From Haliotis rubra (taxonomy: Eukaryota), in the NCBI RefSeq assembly GCF_003918875.1, contig NW_025767288.1:620001-684000 (forward strand): 64,000 nt of DNA, in the 5' to 3' direction. Within the stretch, counting starts at the first letter, position 1; each line of letters starts with the position of its first letter. The notes under the pieces are model-generated. The model saw only the letters and a list, made by a program, of their open reading frames with translations. It did no database searches and was not told the origin of the DNA. This document shows positions 26,016 through 37,649 of this stretch, one piece after another. A program made the position numbers and the translations under genes.

Positions 26016-26499
26016 GTGACACTAAACGATATGGCTGGTAGGCATCCGGTATTCTGTAGGTGTACCGACTTCGTCCCCAGACAGAAGGGTGATATGAGGA
26101 GTTAGAGAAATTGTTTTGAAAAGGTATTCCAGTTATTTCAATGATGGAGAAAAGCGATACAGTTCTCTAAAGTTTACCAAACAGGCGAAATCCACCTAAA
26201 AACACAATCGGGGCAACCCGGGATTCGAACCCACAATTACAGTTGTCTGGCGTACCCAAGGGACGTAACTCTGCATAGCAACCTAAACGGTTGGGCCAAC
26301 TCTGCTCCATGTTATAAAAAACTCAAAACACTCACACGGCAGGCAGCAGTACAAGTATTCTGCTGCTATCAATCTATATAACTTTAGTTGTATACGAAGT
26401 TTATATTATGTCCATAAAAAAGCTAGTGAGTGACGTGGGATTTGGAAAGTACCCCCCGTGTTTAACAGTTCGTCCGGCTTTAATTAGTCCGTTAATATA

Positions 26500-26860
26500 C
26501 AGTTTTCCCAAAATTATTGAGAAAATCTTTGTTTCCTAATACTGATAATAGAATTTTAAAATAGGTGTTACTTTAATAAACCAAAAAGGAGTTAGAAATA
26601 TTGAGGATATGACGAAAAAAGTGGTCGAATATTGGAATACGCGGTCACACGATTTCCTACAAATTTGATAGGTAGTGTACCTATGCGCATTCAGTCGTGT
26701 ATTGCAGGGCAAGGAGGTCTCCACACAAAGTACTGAAAAGACACTTAGACTGTAAAAGAATCATATCTCAACATATTCGTCTAAGTAAAACTTCTATAGT
26801 TTCTATACATGTATTAGATATTTGCCGAAACAACTTTCTCAATAATTTCTGGGAATACTA
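26500..26860. mobile_element. Tc1/mariner-type MITE with TA TSD
   Basis: TA|CAGTTTTCCCAAAATTATTGAGAAA ... TTTCTCAATAATTTCTGGGAATACTA|TA. Confidence 0.75.
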
Positions 26861-27110
26861 TATATAAGTGCATGAGGAATCGTAATTGGTCCAATTTTAA
26901 CTTAGGCAAGCTGATCTATAACGTGCACCTAATGTCTGACTCACTGCAATGTACAACAGGGAATATGTAATAGCCCAAGGATAAATACGTAAATAACACA
27001 TAAAAAAATACGTAGGTGCACATTAAAGTGGATAGTTATTAGTATGGATACGTATTTAGCGTACTGCTGATTGCACTGATCTCTCTTATTGTACCCTGCT
27101 GGCAGGTGAA

Positions 27111-27142
27111 AATGATGATGATGATTATTTTGGTGATGATGG

Positions 27143-27194
<52 letters not shown>

Positions 27195-27265
27195 GATGAC
27201 GACAATGATGATCAGGAGGAGGAAGGGGATAGCGGTGGTAGTGCTGGTAGTGATGGTGGTGGTCT
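27111..27265. repeat. (GAT)n/(GGT)n microsatellite
   Basis: Directly visible; source of the spurious poly-His ORF. Confidence 0.95.
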
Positions 27266-27329
27266 ACCACGACTACTTCTAATGACATTAATATTAATTA
27301 TAATAATAGCAATCTTAAATGATAAATGA

Positions 27330-27780
27330 TGTTGATAATAATTATAACCATAGTAAACCTAACTAACCGTGTTTCTAAAGGTCAATGTGAGAAACATTAA
27401 CGTAACGGCGAGGTCAAGTAAGCTGTCTCCGCCGTACCATATGCTTACGATGATAATGATGATGATGATGATGATGATGTTGGTGACTGTGGTATACTAT
27501 TGATATCAATAATAATTATAAACATAGTAAACCTAACTAACCGTGTTTCTAAGGGTCAATGTGAGAAACATTAACGTAACGGCGAGATCAAGAAAGCTGT
27601 CTCCGCCGTACCATATGATAATGACGACGATGATCAAGTTGATGGCAGTGGTCTACTACGACAACTACTTATGATATCAATAATAATTATAAACATAGTA
27701 CTCCTAACTCCCCTAAAGGTCAAAGCGAGTAAACAGTAACGTAACGGTGAGGTCAGGAAGGCTGTCACCGTCGTACCACA
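27330..27780. repeat. Three tandem ~172-bp units (conserved ~115-bp core plus GAT-rich spacer)
   Basis: ATAATTATAAACATAGTAAACCTAACT...ACGTAACGGCGAGGTCAAG.AAGCTGTCTCCGCCGTACCA at ~27335, 27510 and 27683. Confidence 0.9.
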
Positions 27781-27920
27781 CGGTGATGCTGTAAAGGCCA
27801 TAACATCGTTGTTTCGGCGGGTCCTGCTACATAGGGCTGGAAGTCGTGACAATGTCAGATCCAGCGGACCGTGAACGGGATAATATAATAGAGCGTTTAC
27901 GTCAAATATGAACATGACAC
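27777..27920 (-). CDS. Tentative exon 2 (phase 1-1, 144 bp): G-VMFIFDVNALLYYPVHGPLDLTLSRLPALCSRTRRNNDVMAFTASPC
   Basis: CAG acceptor, GTACGA donor, open frame compatible with exon 28991-29048. Confidence 0.3.
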
Positions 27921-28990
27921 CTGACTAATAAAGGCGTGTAGCGTATTTTGTAACACTTTCTATAATTTCACTGTTTCCTCTCTGCTACAAGCACCGCCCT
28001 CCTTATACTCCTTCCCGTAGGACCCTGTAACATTGAATGTGTGCCTTTTCCGTTCTATGGGAAGGACGACCTTGCACAACGTAACAGCGCTAGCGATCTT
28101 GATTTGGTTGGCTGTTGACATGACGGAATTTATTTGTTAATAATAATTAATATTAAATAACCATAACTTTGTCATAAATCAACGGTAGTGTAGAAATACA
28201 ATTTAGAAGCCACAATATTATATATAGTCTATTACATGTCAATATCACTACAAGTGCTTGTGATTATATTGTTATAGAGATATTCATATTCTCAAAATAT
28301 GGTAATACGTAATTTTTCAGTTGTCTATTTCATGTTTATGCTACAATGCATAGTGAAATAAAATACGTATATTTTTTTAATAATTATGGTGCCAAAAACA
28401 TGTTTATTTGTCTATTTCATGTCAATATCATGACTAATGTCAGTAAAGTGAAACCTACTCGCTTTTAATGATTCGGAAAGGCATCACGTCAGAACCTGGT
28501 AGGACACGTACGTTGTTATTCAAATGTCGATATCAAGCCTATCAGTTTAACAAGAAACAAACAGATATGACTATCGGTGTTCAATGAGCTGTGATTCTCG
28601 TTACCACCACATCGTGTATGTTTTGAAAGGAATGGCCCTCCTTTAGGCGCAAAGTAATGGACCATTTCCTTGTTCTATGAGACAAAGAACTGTTATGATC
28701 TCAATGGGACAGCCTGTAGCCCTGTGCTCTATTATGACTCATACACTCTGATATAATGAACTCATTAGAAATTAACATGAATCAATTTCGTGTCGATGTG
28801 AAATTGAACAGCACTATTGGGAATTAACGGACTTATAAAACCAGCACCATCCTTTGTCATTGATAAAAAAATACAAATAATCCTTGTTACCATGACAATA
28901 CACATGCTTGATTCGCAGAACCATCTTGGCGCCACTGTCACGTGGGAGTTGCCATATGAAATTGACATGAAATATACATATTTCACTTAC

Positions 28991-29048
28991 CTCCGTATGG
29001 GAATATTACAAGAGCACATATCACACAGTATATCCACGAGCTATCCAT
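28991..29048 (-). CDS. Probable first coding exon of a secreted/lysosomal protein (MDSSWIYCVICALVIFPYG, signal-peptide-like)
   Basis: AAAATGG Kozak context, hydrophobic N-terminus, consensus GAG|GTAAGT phase-1 donor, promoter motifs just upstream. Confidence 0.55.
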
Positions 29049-29094
29049 TTTGCTTATAGTTAGAAATCGACGACTACTTGCATTAGCGCTCGCT

Positions 29095-29185
29095 CGCTTC
29101 CTAACGCTCATATAACTGAGCGCGCCGCGGTGTTGGATTTCCCGATCTTTAATTGGCTCCGTGACGGAGGCGTCACGTGACTCTG
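29095..29185 (-). promoter_or_regulatory. Candidate core promoter: TATA-like TTATATGA, CCAAT box, palindromic GTCACGTGAC (CLEAR/USF E-box)
   Basis: GTCACGTGAC at 29172-29181, ATTGG at ~29153-29157, locally CpG-rich, ~60-130 bp upstream of the ATG. Confidence 0.5.
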
Positions 29186-29552
29186 CTGGGGCGTGCTGTG
29201 AGAGCAAGTGAACACTTCCATGAGACTTCACTATTGACGGGAAATGATTACACAAAGAAGAATGACAGCACGAGCTGGGAATAAACGACACACTATTGTG
29301 TTTATCAACGTATTAGACGTACATGTGTGGTCTGTTTCATGGGAAGAAGTGAAGGCCGCAAGATTTCATAATTTATGAAAAATCTCGGGCAACAGTTATG
29401 ACTAACAAGCATTTTGATTTGTTGTTACTTATCCAAATTTATTTTAACCAAATTATTTAATTACAGTTCAAAGTGATCTCTCAGAGCATCGAATACATAC
29501 GGTGTGATTTGTAAACAAGACCTGGGAGTCATTAATTCAAAGTAACTAGACT

Positions 29553-29685
29553 CAGTGAGTGAGTGAGTTATGATTTTACTTTGTATTGGCAATATTGCAG
29601 CCATAGAGCGATGAGTGAGTGAGTGAGTGAGTTTAGTTTTACGCCGCACTCAGCAATATTCTAGCAATGTGGCGCCGGTCTATAA
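29553..29685 (-). mobile_element. Two SINE 3' tail fragments with (GAGT)n
   Basis: GAGTGAGTTTAGTTTTACGCCGCACTCAGCAATATT. Confidence 0.75.
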
Positions 29686-29934
29686 ACAGTAAGATAAATA
29701 TCACAGTTTAAATGTAGAACACACCATGTCAATATTAAAATGAAAAACAATTTCACAGGAGTATTCAAGACAAATTGAAACTAGGCTATATGACAGTAGC
29801 AACGAAAGCAAAACAGGATTCAGGGAATCAGAAATGTATCCAAACCATTCAGCTACTCAAAAGGCCACTCTATTCTCGAAATAAAAGCATGTGGGTTACT
29901 GTTAAGTATGCTGGTAAAGGTTGCATGGTAAAGG

Positions 29935-30091
29935 TTGTGGGTTAGCGTAGTGGTTAAAGCGTTCATTCATCACGCCTAAAACCTGGGCTCGATACCCCTC
30001 GTGGGTACAATGTGTGAAACCCATTTCTCGTGTCCCTCGCCGTGATATTGCTGGAATATTGATAAAAGCGGCGTAAAACTAAGCTCACTCA
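29935..30091 (+). mobile_element. Family B SINE
   Basis: TAGCGTAGTGGTTAAAGCGTTC...GCGGCGTAAAACTAA. Confidence 0.88.
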
Positions 30092-30689
30092 TGTATGATA
30101 ACGCATCTTACATATAATCATGATGTGGAGAAGGTTCAAACACACAGCTTTCAATCATAAAATCGTGTTGTTGTTTTTCTAGTAATTTGCTCAAATACAA
30201 ATATACAAATAGCGAATCGGAAACCCTTCGCAGAATCATTTCAACCTTGGAGGTCTGTCATTGTTTACACGGGAGCCATCAACAATGTCTACAAACACCC
30301 ATAAATAACGTTTAACATATTTGACGTTCGACGCCATGTTTCATTAGGCGTCCACGCTGAACAACACCGAGCCCGTATGATCAGCAAACGTGATGGATGA
30401 AGCCGTGACGAAAGATGTCTCGTGTTCGCTGTGACACGGGACTGAGGGTTGACATTTCAATAAGAGTGCTTCCGCGGATCACTGAAATATACACGATGTA
30501 AAGCTTGTACATAGCTGTTGTCGTCGGCTGCTGCCCCCTGAAAGACCGGTAGGAGTGGAGCCGTCTTGAAATACATCCTTGGAATAGGTTGTTATTGTTA
30601 GACTGGTGGGACGTGGTGTTTGAGCAAATAAAGCATTTCGTGCCGAATGTTAGATTGACGTTCTTGATGATGTGAGGACATAGAGGCAT

Positions 30690-31006
30690 GTACACACACA
30701 CACACACACACTCTCTCTCTCTCTCTCACACACACACGCGCGCGCTCTTTCCAAACACACACACACACACGCTCTCTCACACAAATACGCTCTCTCTAAT
30801 ACTCACACGTTCTCTCTCACACGCACAAAACACTCTCTCACACACAAACTCTCTCTGTCTCACACAAACACACACTCTCTCTCACACACGCTCTCTCTCA
30901 CATACACGCTCTCTCTCACACACAAACACACACACTCTCACACACACACTCTCTCACTCACTCACTCACACACGCTCGCTCTCTCTCACACACCACTCAC
31001 TCACAC
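30690..31006. repeat. Compound (CA)n/(CT)n microsatellite
   Basis: Directly visible. Confidence 0.95.
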
Positions 31007-31551
31007 ATATCAAGCTGGATTGCTTAAACCCAAATTATGAGTGATTTGTATGCATAATATGCTGTGATAAGCGCCAGGTTTAAAAGTAACATCAGAATCC
31101 AGTTATGCATGTGCTGCATGTTACCTATAACCTGATGTTGTTCATGTTATTCTGCTGCTTATGAAACTACGACACATACACGCCCTTCCCTCAACTAATT
31201 CTGTCCCGTTATGCGAGCATCCAGCCTTTCCTTCCCTCCATGCCGTGACTTTTAGAACCTACACGCCCTCTTTTACCGTCCTTCCCATATCCATTACGAC
31301 TCAAATGTCTTCCTGGTTCAAGAAACTCTCCACAACATAGCACTGTCCATTTTACTAACTGACACATCTACACCTGCCTTTTACGTTATAATTAACTCAT
31401 CAGCCAACATCCCACCCTTGCCAACTCATATACCCCTTCCCCTCTCCCCCAGTTTATCAACATCCCGCCCCTCAACTCATCTCCCAGTCCACAGCGTCAA
31501 CGTTGAAATAACCCACACATCTTCCCATGATCAGCTACGGTACCCAACATC

Positions 31552-31743
31552 TAGTCTGTCTCACAGTCCCTGAACCACATTATTTCCCCTACTGCCAAGC
31601 CCTCCCTGCAATACTAAAGCGCTAAGTAAAGCAAGTCTAGATTCCCTCAGGTTCTCTGGTCTCCCTGGGGCTCCTTTTCAATTTAAATGGGCTTGTTTGT
31701 TACCATTGAACTTATATATATTTAGAGAGGAAGCATTAGTCTA
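31552..31743 (-). mobile_element. Family C MITE, full length
   Basis: Perfect 9-bp TSD CCCAACATC at 31543-31551 and 31744-31752. Confidence 0.92.
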
Positions 31744-32089
31744 CCCAACATCCAGCATCGCTACCAACTCACGTGTATCTTATTTCCTGCACATGTATTA
31801 TTTTCCTTTTTCGAAATATTGTTAAGTCACATCGCGACAAAATAACATAAAAACAATTCGTTGGCACGAGTATGTAAGTGGACCTCTCAGTGGTACGGAT
31901 GTGGCTCAAGTTGTTTTTATACAGATACTGACCTCAGGGGGGATGTTATCTATATTTAGAATAGATAAGTATATCGGATGATTTGATTAGGGCTTAAATG
32001 TGTTTATGACGTTGAGAATTTGCTTAAGTGTTATCGGTAGAAACATGAAACTTCTAGGACATACTACCGGTGTGTACTTGTACTAAAGT

Positions 32090-33835
32090 AGGGTTTATAT
32101 ATTGATGACAGTAGGGGTTTTAAAGGTAGTATGGATGACAGTACTGGTTGTAATGTTAATATTGATGACAGTAGGGGTTTTAAAAGTAATATGGATGACA
32201 GTACTGGTTGTAATGTTAATATTGATGACAGTAAGGGTTTTAAAAGCAATATGGATGACAGTACTGGTTGTAAGGTTGATATTGATCACAGTAGGGGTTT
32301 TAAAAGCAATATGGATGACAGTACTGGTTGTAAGGTTGATATTGATGACAGTAGGGGTTTTAAAGGTAATATGGATGATGACAGTACTGGTTATAAGGTT
32401 AATATTGATGACAGTAAGGGTTTTAAAAGTAATATGGATGACAGTACTGGTTGTAAGGTTAATATTGATGACAGTAAGGGTTTCAAAAGCAATATGGATG
32501 ACAGTACTGGTTGTAAGGTTAATATTGATAACAGTAGGGGTTTTAAAAGCAATATGGATGACAGTACTGGTTGTAAGGTTGATATTGATGACAGTAGGGG
32601 TTTTAAAGGTAATATGGATGACAGTACTGGTTGTAAGGTTGATATTGATGACAGTAGGGGTTTTAAAAGTAATATGGATGACAGTACTGCTTGTAAGGTT
32701 AATATTGATGACAGTAGGGGTTTTAAGAATGAATGATAGTACTGGTTGTAATGTTAATATTGATGACAGGAGGGGGGGGGGATACGTAATATGATGACAG
32801 TACTGGTTGTAATGTTAATATTGATGACAGTAGGGGCTTTAAAAGCAATATGGATGACAGTACTGGTTGTAATGTTAATATTGATGACAGTAGGGGTTTT
32901 ACAAGTAATATGGATGACAGTGCTGGTTGTAAAGTTAATATTGATGACAGTAAGGGTTTTAAAAGTAATATGGATGACAGTACTGCTTGTAAGGTTAATA
33001 TTGATGACAGTAGGGGTTTTAAGAATGGATGACAGCACTGGTCGAAAGGTCAATATTGATAGCAGTTATGGTTTTAAGAGTAATATCGATGACAGTACTG
33101 GTTGTAAGGTTAATATTGATGACAGGAGGGGGGGGGGGGTATACGTAATGTGATGACAGTACTGGTTGTAATGTTAATATTGATGACAGGAGGGGCTTTA
33201 AAAGCAATATGGATGACAGTACTGGTTGTAAGGTTAATATTGATGACAGTAGGGGATTTAAGAATAATGTGGATGACAGTGCTGGTTGTAAGGTTAATAT
33301 TGATGACAGTAGGGGTTTTAAAAGTAATATGGATGACAGTGCTGGTTGTAATGTTAATATTGATGACAGTAGGGGTTTTAAAAGTAATATGGATGACAGT
33401 GCTGGTTGTAAGGTTAATATTGATGACAGTAGGGGTTTTAAAAGTAATATGGATGACAGTGCTGGTTGTAAGGTTAATATGGATGACAGTAGGCGTTTAA
33501 AAAGCAATATGGATGACAGTACTTGTTATAAGGTTAATATTGATGACAGTAGGGGTTTTAAAAGTAATGTGGATGACAGTGCTGGTTGTAAGGTTAATAT
33601 TGATGACAGTAGGGGTTTACAAAAGTAATATGGATGACAGTAGGGGTTATAAGGTTAATATTGATTCAGTAGGGGTTTTAAAAGTATTATGGATGACAGT
33701 ACTGGTTGTAAGGTTAATATGGATGACAGTAGGGGTTTTAAAAGCAATATGGATGACAGTTCTGGTTGTAAGGTTAATATTGATCACAGTACGGATTCTA
33801 AGGGTAATGTGGATGGCAGTACGGGTTTTAAAAGT
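32090..33835. repeat. Minisatellite, 60-bp dimer of two related 30-bp monomers (~28 dimers)
   Basis: ATATTGATGACAGTAGGGGTTTTAAAAGTA alternating with ATATGGATGACAGTACTGGTTGTAAGGTTA. Confidence 0.97.
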
Positions 33836-33914
33836 TTGTCAAATTCTAAGCATGTCCTTATTTGAACCTGCTTGCGGAACAGAAAGGGATAGAAAAACAT
33901 GGGAATATACGCAG

Positions 33915-34073
33915 TGAGTGAGTCAAGTCTTACGCTGCTTTCAGCAAAATTCCAGCAATATCTCGCCGGGGGTCACAAGGAAGAGGGTTCACACACTGCC
34001 CCCATGTGGGGAATCGAATCCGCATTTCAGCGTGACGAGCGAACGCTTTAACCACAAGCCTATCCTTACACCG
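33915..34073 (-). mobile_element. Family B SINE, diverged
   Basis: GGGGAATCGAATCCG...CGTGACGAGCGAACGCTTTAACCAC. Confidence 0.85.
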
Positions 34074-34507
34074 CAAGAGAAGGCAAATAAAAGTATAGAT
34101 GCGAGGAGAAACATATCTAGGGGAAAATGAAACTAGAATATATCATAGACAAGTTCTGATAAACACAAGAGAACCGGAAATGAAACATTAATTGTAGTGA
34201 TATAAGACAAAGTAACAATCGAATACCAGACGAAATAATAGAAGGGACATAAGTATGCTGACTACATATGCCTTGTGTGTAAGATGTGCTGGTGAAACCT
34301 TGATGAAATACTGATTACGGAAGTAAAAGAGATATCAAACAATATTAAATACTGATCAAACCGATAAATATTGATAAACTATGCAACTATATACGAAAGA
34401 ATATCAAATATTGAATGTATTATTAAGATAAACTACACTGAAACAATGAAAAATCAAATCAAACAAGATGAATTATTCAATTCACATTTATTTTTTTTCT
34501 GATAAAG

Positions 34508-35426
34508 TATAAAAGAAACGCATAGGCCAGAAATCTGTTGCGAAAATGTTGTATTTTCAAACATGTATAACTCGTCCACAAATAGACTTTAGTGCATGAA
34601 TTTTTACACCAGTTTAGAAAAAGGTAATGTCTATACAAACCAAGTGGATACTTTTAGATAACGGTGACGTTGAGCGCGATGGTGACGACGTAGCACGGTC
34701 CCAACGTAACCGTCAAGGTTACTATAACAATAAGTCTGTTGTTTCCTCTTGGTTCTACAGATTTAAATCTTCTTGTTCAAAGTGTTAAATCAGTTCCGTA
34801 CAGTTTTACCGGATATCCTTCAAAGTCCAGGCACCCTGGCTGCTGTGCTCTCACCCATGGCAGTACGATCACGCAAATGTAGTACCCGGATGTACCGATC
34901 TTGGGCTGCAGTGGTGACTCGAGGTCTGCCTGTACGGGGACGGTCATTTGTTATACCTGTTTGGTTGTAACGAGCTGCAAGCCGTGATATCGTGCCCATA
35001 CTAACATTCAGACGCCTGGCAAAGAAGATTGGTAATCTCAAGCGTGCATTATCCTTAAATGGCAATTTTCCTTGTCGCAGAGTCAAGACGTGGCGTAGTG
35101 ATTTGACCTTGAAACTCCTTCAAAACGAATGCCAATTTCCGAAAGTAATCTGCATTTTTATTGCCAGACAGTGCACGCTCGTTACTGCACAATTTCAACT
35201 GGAAGGTGATTTTTGTTGCGTTGTGGCGATGCCTTTTTGATTCTTGTAAGAAATCTCATCAAAATCAACATTTTCAGGTAAAATCGATTTTTTTACTTGT
35301 GCAATTGTGTAAATTCATGTTATGAACACTTCTGTTACATATCTGGACGATTGTTTGAACACAATAGGTAATTAATAGATTTATTTTTTAAACAAATCGC
35401 CTATGCGTTTCCTTTTTGGGATAGTA
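34508..35426 (-). mobile_element. Internally deleted Tc1/mariner element
   Basis: Inverted ends AAAAGAAACGCATAGG / CCTATGCGTTTCCTTTTTGGGATAGTA followed by TA; encloses transposase N-terminus. Confidence 0.85.
34785..35097 (-). pseudogene. Tc1-type transposase N-terminal (paired HTH) fragment
   Basis: ARRLNVSMGTISRLAARYNQTGITNDRPRTGRPRVTTAAQDRYIRVLHLRDR...RISGKTVRN with the GRPR motif; start MPRL mutated to ACG; in-frame stops. Confidence 0.9.
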
Positions 35427-35483
35427 TATTTGATATTTGAGACAATGATGTTGGGTTATCCGGGAGTAATAATAATCAGGGTG

Positions 35484-35531
35484 TTAGCGCTTTGAGCATG
35501 CTTTGTTGCGTGGAGATTAGCGCATTATAAG

Positions 35532-35584
<53 letters not shown>

Positions 35585-35598
35585 TTATTATTATTATT
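35484..35598 (+). repeat. L2/CR1-type 3' tail followed by (CTT)n(ATT)n microsatellite
   Basis: TAGCGCTTTGAGCATG...TAGCGCATTATAAG then (CTT)n. Confidence 0.7.
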
Positions 35599-35869
35599 GC
35601 AGATTTAATCATCAGCGACAGGTACATCAGACCGTGTGTGTCTATGTGTACTGAACACATGCAGGATACAGACCCACATAGAGCATCCTGACATCAACAT
35701 ATCGTGATTGATTTGGGAGCGTTTAAAAAGACGAGCGTAATCACTTTGATAATGTTGATTGAGTGTGTTTAATTTAAGATAAAGTGATTGAGTATGTTTC
35801 ATTTAAGTCGGGTTTTTTAATCATAACACGACGTGGCAGGTTGATGTGGGAGGAAAGCTGTTCTAGAAG

Positions 35870-36028
35870 GGACGGTTGGCTAGCCTAGTGGTTAAAGCGT
35901 CCGCTCGTCACGCCGAAGTCCCGGGTTCGATTCCCCACATGGTTACAATGTGTGAAGCCCATTTCTGGTGTCCCCAGTCGTGGTTTTCCTGAATGTTGCT
36001 AAAAGCGACACAAAACCGTACTCACTCA
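35870..36028 (+). mobile_element. Family B SINE
   Basis: TSD CTGTTCTAGAAG on both sides. Confidence 0.92.
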
Positions 36029-36286
36029 CTGTTCTAGAAGATCTGCGGATTGCGGATAAAACTCAGAAGATACTGTCTCCCCTACAAATATATTGCTAAT
36101 AGTAACAAAAAACACACCCTTTGCATTTCTGTATTGACAAAATATTTCAACAATATCTCAAATGTCCGGACTTCGAGATGATGAAAAATGAAAAACTAAA
36201 GTATTCGCTCTCAATGGATCCTCAGCGATAAAATAGAAATAAAAAAAACAAATAAATATAGTAGACTGTCCGGTTAATGAACGTTT

Positions 36287-36471
36287 GAGTGAGTGAGTGA
36301 GTGAGTGAGTGAGTGAGTATGGTTTTACGCCGCTTTTAGCAACATCCAAGTAATATCACGGCGGGGAACACCAGAAATGGGCTTCACACATTGTAACCAT
36401 GTGGGGAATCGAACCCAGCACTTCGGCGTGACGAGCGAACGCTTTAACCACTAGGCTACCCCACGGTCCCC
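36287..36471 (-). mobile_element. Family B SINE with expanded (GAGT)n tail
   Basis: Full-length match to the family. Confidence 0.92.
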
Positions 36472-36523
36472 TGAAGGTGTGACTTAATATTGACACAGAG
36501 AGTTCATGTTGCATGAAGAAATC

Positions 36524-36685
36524 TAGCCTTGCTCCAAGACTGTGCTGAATGCTGAGCTGGATGTATAGTAATTCTATCCTCCGAAGAGGCAAGTTTAGAT
36601 AAGCCGACAGTCTGTTATTTATTATCTTTTTTAAGAAATTATCATTTAAACTATTAATTTTACCAAAGAGACTTGTGCAAGTCTA
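36524..36685 (+). mobile_element. Family D MITE (TAG...CTA, degenerate 9-bp TSD)
   Basis: TAGCCTTGCTCCAAGACT...GAGACTTGTGCAAGTCTA; flanks GAAGAAATC / GACAAAATC; homologous to 40380-40562. Confidence 0.8.
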
Positions 36686-37649
36686 GACAAAATCATGCGG
36701 CAGTTGACTCGACTATCTATAGATTACAGTATTGACCTTTATCATGTAGTGTATTCATATTTCGGTTGTACTAGATGTATTTCGGGAATAAACCATTCCC
36801 TTTTAGCATTTTCCCAAAGAACTTAAATCGACATAAATGATTTCCAGATTAACAGAAAACAGCAGAAAGTAGAGCATGTCTCAAGATAATCGGAAATGGC
36901 GTCAACGAATGAAAAACCCTTACCAGTCCGTCTAGACTTAATCTGTGTCGCTTTTCTTTTCTTTTATTAAAAGTAAAAACACTTAAAATATTATGATTTT
37001 AAAAAAATCAAACACGTTGAATAAAATAAAGCTGAAGGAAGTGAAGACAAGTGACAGTGATGATACCATCAACACATACACTTCCTTTAGCATAGCTCGG
37101 ATAGATATGCTGAAGAACCAATGTAGTTCACCTGTTTTCTCTTACTCTGCTGTTGCTGAACGGATGGGTGTAGCTTTTTATCCTCTGACAGATGCTGGAG
37201 ATTTTAATAACTTGACACAAATATGTCTGCCCCGTGTCTGGGTAATGTCTGGGCTGAGCTCGTTGTGATTGCAGCCTAGATAGTCTCAAGTGGTCTCTGA
37301 AAGTTGTTTTGGGTAAAATTCGTTGCTTGTTGTTTGAAATTAACTTTGTTTACGCGAAGAGTACTATTAATGACACGTCTCGTAGAAGCGCTTGATTGAC
37401 TAGACGGCTTGGGAGTTTAATTTCAAAATGATAATGATGCAAGTGTATCTGCCAGCATGTATTGGATTGTATGTGTTTGCTGATAACACAAGCAGCCACT
37501 TAAGTTCTGATTATTGCTTTTCCTAAAAAGGTCTATCAGACCCTGTGTAAATATCTTGGAAACAGATATCAACACTATGAGACACACACGGAAAGCTTGG
37601 GTGAGCAACCAGTGATGGCGCTTGTTATTTCGATGCCTGATACACGCTA

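Larger units (their letters stand above)
21515..26066. mobile_element. Non-autonomous DNA transposon, Merlin-like (GGTAM TIRs, 8-bp TSD)
   Basis: TIRs GGTAAGGCTACAGAATACCGGATACC (from 21515) and revcomp GGTACACCTACAGAATACCGGATGCC (to 26066); perfect TSD GACTTCGT at 21507-21514 and 26067-26074. Confidence 0.85.

Noticed and set aside
32102-33917. Long ORFs (up to 230 aa) with MDDSTGCKVNIDDSRGFKSN repeats
   Set aside because: Open in several frames on both strands because the 30/60-bp unit lacks stops; no splice or start context
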